A stretch of DNA of 33,707 nucleotides, from the NCBI GenBank assembly GCA_964245955.1, contig CAXTPH010000001.1, positions 1-33,707 on the forward strand, written 5' to 3'. Source of the DNA: an uncultured Sphingomonadaceae bacterium. Lineage in GTDB: Bacteria > Pseudomonadota > Alphaproteobacteria > Sphingomonadales > Sphingomonadaceae. This document shows positions 28,130 through 33,707 of this stretch, one piece after another. The notes below the pieces were generated by a model that did not search any database, was not told the origin of the DNA, and was given only the letters and a program-made list of their open reading frames with translations. Each line of letters opens with the position of its first letter. Within the stretch, counting starts at the first letter, position 1. Position numbers and translations under genes: made by a program.

Positions 28130-28750
28130 TCAGTAGCCCTCCTCGGCTAATCGGTTGCGAAGAGCGGTCTGGTCGAGCCTTTTGAATTTCGGGATGTCAA
28201 GAATGCATCCGAGGAAAAGCTCCAACTGGTCGCCGGTAAACGCGGCGACGGCATCTCGACCGCTTGGAGCGGCGACCACAAAAATCGGCATGATGCGACC
28301 GAGCCGCACCTTCGAGATCAACGCGTCTGGATCGATCTTGCGAAAGATGTCCTCGGCAGCCTCGTTATGTTCGGCGGCCCAGTCCTCGACCCACTTTCTC
28401 GACCGCTCCTCCGAAATCTCGATGTCCTCGTCGACGAACCGATGAGCGACTTCTGGAGCGCGACGGAATACAACCGTCCCCTTCTGTCCGTACATTTGCG
28501 CCCAAGAGTGGCGGAATACATCGGCCACGTGATCGTCGAGGCGCGATTGTGATTGCACGATTAACTTGTCGCCCTCTTTTTCGAGCCGCTCGACCGGTCC
28601 GGTGAAGAGCAGCGCATTCTCGCCCATTCTGGCGAGCGCTATGACAAGAACAGACTTCATTTCCTGGTCGCTAAAGTCCTTATCGCGGCCCTGATCGCCG
28701 CGGCAGGGAATCGCTTTGAGCCGGCGGCGGATATTTGGATAATTCTTCAC
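28130..28750 (-). CDS. Hypothetical protein, translationally coupled to the helicase
   Basis: 206-aa ORF with natural amino-acid composition and a GTGA overlap with the helicase stop. Confidence 0.75.
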   Translation of the reverse strand: MKNYPNIRRRLKAIPCRGDQGRDKDFSDQEMKSVLVIALARMGENALLFTGPVERLEKEGDKLIVQSQSRLDDHVADVFRHSWAQMYGQKGTVVFRRAPEVAHRFVDEDIEISEERSRKWVEDWAAEHNEAAEDIFRKIDPDALISKVRLGRIMPIFVVAAPSGRDAVAAFTGDQLELFLGCILDIPKFKRLDQTALRNRLAEEGY

Positions 28751-30186
28751 TTCGCACCTGCCTTTGCCGCGGCGCGACGCACACGTTGGGCGGCAGCCTT
28801 GAGCTCGCGCGACTTCGCTTGAGCAACGGCGACCTCCTCCGGTGATCTGGGTTTTGGGCCGGGTTTGCCGCGCGGCATCTCGGGGTCCGGCACGTAAACG
28901 ACCTCGTCGATCTTACACATAGTGACGTGGACCCACGGTGCCTTTCGGTCGACGTAATGCACGATCGCCCAAGCTTGGACCCGGTCAAACACCCAGATTG
29001 TGATCGGCGCCGTTGAGCTCGGCTCACGAAAGCTCGTGCGCGCGGCAAATTGAATCATGGTTTCAAGTTCTTGCGTCCGGATTACCGTTTCGTCGTCGGT
29101 CGACAAACCGTCATAGATCGTCGACTCCCATGTTGCTGGCTTCGAGGAATAAAACATCGCCGCAGCGTTGAACTTCGAATATGCGTTGGTACCTGCCTGC
29201 TTGGGGGGCAATTCCTGACCAGGCATGGCAGCGAGGCAACCGCGATAGCGCTTGTTGCACATCCAGATCATTGGCTCGTTGGTGTTCGCCCGGATGTATT
29301 CGGCGATTTCGGTGATGAACCGGCCGACCGCAGGACGAGAGAGATGTTTCCTCGAAGCTCGAATGTCCGAGAAGTACCGCACTTCCATCGTCCGGGGTGC
29401 GAAAACCCGAGCAGCGTGCGTCGAGCGATCCTCCCAAACGACATCGGGATGGAGGTGACGCCAGACCGAGTATGTCTTCAACTTCTTGAAATCGTTAGCG
29501 AGGACAGTGACGGTCTCAAATGCTTCGAGGTTTTCGAGACCCCATACAGACCACCAACTCCACTGCGTGCCCGGGACACTTGCCAGTGACCAATCCCCGA
29601 TGTTGCAGGTTACGGTCTGGGGACCAGTGACCCTGCTGTGGAATTTCCGGAAATCGCGGAGTAGGTCGTCGTTCGCGACACGTCCGGGCGTGATGCGCTC
29701 GTCGGCGAGGCCCACGATCCATGCATTCTCGCCAGACGGCCGTAAGAAATATGCCGAGAGGAAAAACGCCGTTGTTGCCTCGGTCCTGACGGAATGAATC
29801 TCGGTTACGGCAATATCCTCGTCGATCACTACGTGCCATCCTCGGAAGCGGGAGAGATTAGCGAGTTTGAGCCCCTCGTGCGTGATCAAAATAATGACAT
29901 GCTCGGCTTCGAGATACATATCGACCAAAGCTTCAATATCTTCCCTAACGTTTGCGCTCCCGGTGTGATCGAAAGAGCCGTCCGGCATTTGAGCGAAGAA
30001 GATTGACCGAATGATGGGAGTTGTGTTCGATGCCTCCGCCATGCGCTTCAGCGCCTTTATCTGCTCAGGCATGACATCCCGGCGATCGTGAGCAAAAATG
30101 AATTTACGTGGTGACGATATGGCGCGACGTTGCGCCGAATAAGTCTTGCCGTCGCCGCAGCCCGCGTCGTAGATTTGATACTTCAT
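28747..30186 (-). CDS. SF2-like helicase / putative replication protein
   Basis: Walker A AGCGDGKT at the extreme N-terminus, LITHE, Walker B VVIDE, GTNAY, motif VI-like QFAARTSFR, and a basic tail (RGKPGPKP...RVRRAAAK). GAGG RBS before ATG 30186. Confidence 0.75.
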   Translation of the reverse strand: MKYQIYDAGCGDGKTYSAQRRAISSPRKFIFAHDRRDVMPEQIKALKRMAEASNTTPIIRSIFFAQMPDGSFDHTGSANVREDIEALVDMYLEAEHVIILITHEGLKLANLSRFRGWHVVIDEDIAVTEIHSVRTEATTAFFLSAYFLRPSGENAWIVGLADERITPGRVANDDLLRDFRKFHSRVTGPQTVTCNIGDWSLASVPGTQWSWWSVWGLENLEAFETVTVLANDFKKLKTYSVWRHLHPDVVWEDRSTHAARVFAPRTMEVRYFSDIRASRKHLSRPAVGRFITEIAEYIRANTNEPMIWMCNKRYRGCLAAMPGQELPPKQAGTNAYSKFNAAAMFYSSKPATWESTIYDGLSTDDETVIRTQELETMIQFAARTSFREPSSTAPITIWVFDRVQAWAIVHYVDRKAPWVHVTMCKIDEVVYVPDPEMPRGKPGPKPRSPEEVAVAQAKSRELKAAAQRVRRAAAKAGAK

Positions 30187-30599
30187 GATTATACCTCGAA
30201 ACAAAAATGACCTGCTGAGCGTGCCCTCTCGGCGGATCACAACTGTTTCGAGACAGTAAGAGTTGTTTACGCGGAAACTCGATTCCGCACAACCCTATTT
30301 ACTGCCAGAGATCAAAACCTGGTCACCGACAGTCGGGCACGACCGTCATCTGTATTAAGTATAGATGCCCGAAATCCCGGATTGCTATATAAATCGACGA
30401 ATTTTGGGCCACGGTCCGAGAACCGCCGGATCACCGAAGTTTGAGGTTTATCGCCGATTTGGTTTGTAATTGAGGCGGATAATTGGAGGATTCTTATACA
30501 CAGTCTTCATGCATCATTTGGCTCTTGACCATGAAGGCGGAGATGGTTCTGAGCCTGCGCGGCCTGAGGCATTTTTACCCCCAATCATGGAAAACGAGT

Positions 30600-30927
30600 T
30601 GGGTGAGCGCGCCCTACACGGGCGCGAGCGCACCCCAAGGCGCGTAGCGCCGCCAAGAATTATCGGGGACGCCGGGAAGCGCGGCGCCCGGCACGAACGC
30701 GTTGACAATGCCGTCGCTACGCTCGGCCACCGGAGTAGATTCCGTTCCGGGCAATAGCGGCTTTCGCCTCGGCTCGGCCCCCCACGAATGCGTGCCGTCC
30801 GGTAACTTCACACCGGGACGCCGCATCGACATGTGCCGAGCGCTCCGCTTCTCGGCTTCGTAGTAGATGACTATCGGCGCGACGCGCCTTGGGGTGCGCT
30901 CGCGCCCGTGTAGGGCGCGCTCACCCA
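30600..30927. repeat. Long inverted repeat: two 95-bp units (30600-30694 and 30833-30927) around a 138-bp spacer
   Basis: Outer 53 bp are 52/53 identical, followed by 18 unrelated bp in both units, then 24 bp that are 20/24 identical. Confidence 0.92.
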
Positions 30928-31572
30928 TGGCGGAGCGAATTGATTGATAACTGAGTGTTCTTCCCGGGACACAACACAATGTTGGCGGGAGCGGAGCGAC
31001 CGCAATACTTATCCGAGGAGGTCAGGCTTCGCCGGACCGGCACGATCTCGCCGGAGCGCAGCGGAGGCCACACTTAATTCTCGTCGGCAATGGATCGTGA
31101 ATGGCGGGCGCAACGCGACCGCACGGTCGCCGACGATGGACCATGGTCCGCGTCAATTACGCCAGCGAGAAACCTTGGTAGCACGTTCTCCGCTCTATAG
31201 TATCGCTTCGTCCTCAGCACCCTCGCCCTTTGAATGCGCCAGCACTCTATCTTCAATTTTTCGGTTTGGCTTTGCAATTTCCGTTTAGATAGGGGCAACC
31301 CTGTCGCCAATCAGTCTGTTGACTTGAACTAGTATTATGTGCCTACGACAAGTTTTCTTCATTTTCACTTCGGTGGTGGACAGCAATCTGCGTGAGCCCT
31401 TACCACTGTCCGCATCCGACCTCATGAACACAATGTTCGCAGGCTTCGGTTCAGTCGGATGGGCTGCAAGACGTCATCGCAGTCAGCTGTCTCACGTCAC
31501 GATCTAACTACAGCACCCGGCAGCCTGGGATATCTAGATGGATCGTTCATCGACTACCTGTTACGATTACAC

Positions 31573-31722
31573 ATGCATCGACGATGCCCAATCTGCCGCG
31601 GCGAAAATCTTCCGGATGAACTCGTCCAAGTCATCCTCGCGTCGGCGGCGGAGCCGAACACTCCAATGACGCTGGATGAGTTAAAGTCCTGGGCGAAAGC
31701 TCTCGTCTCCTCGTTTGATTAG
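31573..31722 (+). CDS. Possible 49-aa protein with a CxxC motif
   Basis: MHRRCPICRGENLPDELVQVIL...MTLDELKSWAKAL. No clear RBS. Confidence 0.3.
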   Translation: MHRRCPICRGENLPDELVQVILASAAEPNTPMTLDELKSWAKALVSSFD

Positions 31723-32011
31723 AGTTCGCAGCCTGTTTTGAGCGGGGTGAAAGCTCGGGTTGCGCTGGAACGGTTGGTCTACAATTCGCGGGCGATCGCC
31801 ATCAAACCAGCAATAGCGTCGCGCTGCTTGCGAATCCATTCGACTGGAACTGAAGCCTTTCGACCTACAGACGCCCCGCCCCGCCCCGTCGCGGCGACGA
31901 TCCCAGTGCGCCGGCGCTCTACATTTACGAAGCCGCGATCGCTCTCATCTTGGACTGTCATGACATTCGCAAGGCAGTCGGAACGTCCAGCTTAAAGAAG
32001 TTGTCGGCATG

Positions 32012-32458
32012 CTACAGCGATCTGGATCCATCATGGCAGTCAGCCTGCCCGAAAGGCCAAACATCGAGGCAGCTATTACAGAAGAGAATGATATGATCCT
32101 CAAATGTTTCATAACACCACTCGTTCGTCATATCTTCAACCATTTCGGGAACGCTATAAGTTTCAGAAACATCTTCCATTCGAACTATCAAATCATCGTT
32201 TAGAAATTGATCCTGAAAATAAATTTCCGTTCCTCGCATATTTAGCGTATTAATCGCAAAATCGCAGAATTCCTCGATCGTCCCTTTGAACGCTCTGACG
32301 TATCCCTTATCTGCCGCCATACCTGGGCTGTTATAGTTTTTTCGTGCAGCAGTATTCATAAAACGAATAGCGACCTGCTTACTTGGCTCAAGGCAGTGTC
32401 TAGATATTTCTGTTCGATATACCGACCCGGATGCATCAATGGAATACGAATTAGTCAT
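32012..32458 (-). CDS. Hypothetical protein (AT-rich, 148 aa)
   Basis: Long ORF in AT-rich DNA with a GGAG RBS before ATG 32458. No recognisable motif. Confidence 0.7.
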   Translation of the reverse strand: MTNSYSIDASGSVYRTEISRHCLEPSKQVAIRFMNTAARKNYNSPGMAADKGYVRAFKGTIEEFCDFAINTLNMRGTEIYFQDQFLNDDLIVRMEDVSETYSVPEMVEDMTNEWCYETFEDHIILFCNSCLDVWPFGQADCHDGSRSL

Positions 32459-32892
32459 TTTTAACACTCCGAAGCGGGATTGAGATCTCACCCTTAACTT
32501 CAAACTCATGATGCGCCATCCGCGCAGCGAAATTCAATAAACTTCGATCATGAGGAATAGCATCTAAAATCATATTCCGTTTATCACGCAATCTCAAGAG
32601 GTTGTGGCAGCTTATGGATGTTGCATATTTGGCCGGCCGCAGACATTGGTAGGGATTTTGCCGCCGGCGGCGTCTCCAGTGGTTCCGCCACCCCGACGGA
32701 CTGGTTGTTGTCGTAAGAACCCGCAGAGTTCCGCTGTCTGAGGTCTTCACGCCAGCGCTTACTCAACAACGATGACCAGAAGGAACCGCAGCGGAAGATC
32801 CTTCGCGAGGGAATGTCGCCATCAATCTTGTCCATTTGTCGCGCTGACACAGCAGCACATCTTCGACCTGAAACTGAAGACAGCCGAGGTCG

Positions 32893-33534
32893 CTCGTGCC
32901 GATCGAGCCGGCCGCCATGGACGACCGCCAGGTCGTCGAATGGGACAAGGACGACATTGACGCCTTAAAGTTCATGAAGGTCGATGTGCTCGCACTCGGC
33001 ATGCTGTCGTGCATGCGGCGCGGGTTCAACCTCCTGCGCGACCATAAGGGCATCGACCTCGACCTCGCCACCATCCCGGCCGAGGACCCACGCACCTATG
33101 CAATGATCCGTAATGCCGACACGCTCGGGACTTTACAGAACGAGTCATGCGCCCGGATGGCGATGCTGCCGCGGATCAAGCCGCGGACGTTCTACGACCT
33201 CGTTATCGAAAAGGCGATTGTCCGCCCCGGTCCGATCCAGGGCGACATGGTCCATTCCTATCTGCGCCGGCGCGAAGGGCTCGAGCCGGTCGATTATCCG
33301 ACCCCCGAACTCGAGCGAGTGCTCGGCAAGACACTCGGCGTGCCGCTCTTTCGGGAGCAGGCCATGCGCGTCGCCATCGAATGCGCCGGGTTCACGCCCG
33401 GCGAAGCTGACCAGCTGCGCCGCGCGATGGCGACGTTCAAGTTCACCGGCGGGGTCAGCCATTTTCAGAACAAGCTGATCGAGGGGATGAAGGCCAAGGG
33501 GTACACCGGGGAGTTCGCCACCAAGATCTTCAGT
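32893..33534 (+). pseudogene. dnaE2: Internal fragment of error-prone DNA polymerase DnaE2 (ImuC)
   Basis: [19 protein letters not shown]...[32 protein letters not shown] and [12 protein letters not shown]. Both ends are missing and conserved motifs are eroded (FQIESRAQM reads LQNESCARM). Confidence 0.93.
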
Positions 33535-33535
33535 A

Positions 33536-33602
33536 GTCTCATAACGGTTGCCGCGCTCTCAGCAGGACGTTAGATTGCCATCCTCTAAAACCGTTGCGAG
33601 AC
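33536..33602. promoter_or_regulatory. Candidate res site of the adjacent resolvase
   Basis: Inverted pair GTCTCATAACGGTT (33536-33549) and AACCGTTGCGAGAC (33589-33602), 12/14 complementary, directly upstream of the resolvase. Confidence 0.6.
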
Positions 33603-33615
33603 AGGCGAGACGAAA

Positions 33616-33707
33616 ATGGCACTCCACGGCTATGCTCGCGTCAGCACGACCGACCAGAACGTTGCCGTTCAGGAAGCTGCGCTTACCGCCGCCGGCTGCG
33701 CGATCAT
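33616..33707 (+). CDS. Serine recombinase (resolvase/invertase), N-terminus; runs off the right edge
   Basis: MALHGYARVSTTDQNVAVQEAALTAAGCAI contains the catalytic YARVS motif. Confidence 0.93.
   Translation, partial: MALHGYARVSTTDQNVAVQEAALTAAGCAI

Larger units (their letters stand above)
25291..33707. mobile_element. tRNA-Arg-targeting integrative element / genomic island (left part; extends past the window)
   Basis: att fragment, integrase, AlpA, drop in GC content, helicase, resolvase and pseudogene debris. Confidence 0.88.

Noticed and set aside
30600-30927. Retron msr-msd, protelomerase site or protein-coding ORFs (30470-30757, 30614-30979)
   Set aside because: No reverse transcriptase or protelomerase is in the window and the repeat has a 138-bp spacer. 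The two ORFs share GERALHGRERTPRRVAP only because they read the repeat from opposite sides.
31426-31452. Second LexA box
   Set aside because: Spacings are GAAC-N5-GTTC and GTTC-N10-GTTC, not the GTTC-N7-GTTC consensus.
32510-32892. Gene or pseudogene upstream of the dnaE2 fragment
   Set aside because: Only short overlapping ORFs with no motif I can recognise. It may be debris, and a blastx search would be needed to say more.
32896-33573. Functional 225-aa polymerase gene
   Set aside because: It is an internal piece of a much larger DnaE2, with eroded motifs and an unrelated 11-residue tail.

Overview
The window has two parts. Bases 1-25290 are a GC-rich alphaproteobacterial chromosomal backbone, probably Sphingomonadales (inferred from gene order and CGTC-type repeats). 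It carries an acyl-CoA dehydrogenase 5' end, a LiuR-like MerR regulator, a Ca2+/H+ antiporter, hisI, purF, an SDR, def, recR, a CoiA-like nuclease, fmt, truA, a 2OG-Fe(II) oxygenase, tRNA-Met, iaaA, a ferredoxin reductase, a nitronate monooxygenase, a DUF3775 protein, an orphan terminase-small-subunit-like gene, yajC-secD-secF, a DUF815 ATPase, a CHASE3/RR/RR-HisKA_2 cascade and a CMD-patatin-bdhA-MFS operon. From 25291 to the end is a visibly lower-GC integrative element. It starts at a displaced 3' half of tRNA-Arg(TCT) and holds a P4-like tyrosine integrase, an AlpA-type excisionase, selO-like, IS3 and dnaE2 relics, an SF2-like helicase with a coupled partner gene, and a serine resolvase cut by the window edge. 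Two features are most notable. (1) Upstream of the primase-less helicase lies a pair of 95-bp inverted units built from co-varying hairpins, a candidate bidirectional ssDNA priming origin. (2) The stand-alone TerS-like gene is bracketed by a perfect palindrome, a leaderless promoter and two 28-bp direct repeats. All family calls come from reading motifs by eye; no searches were run.
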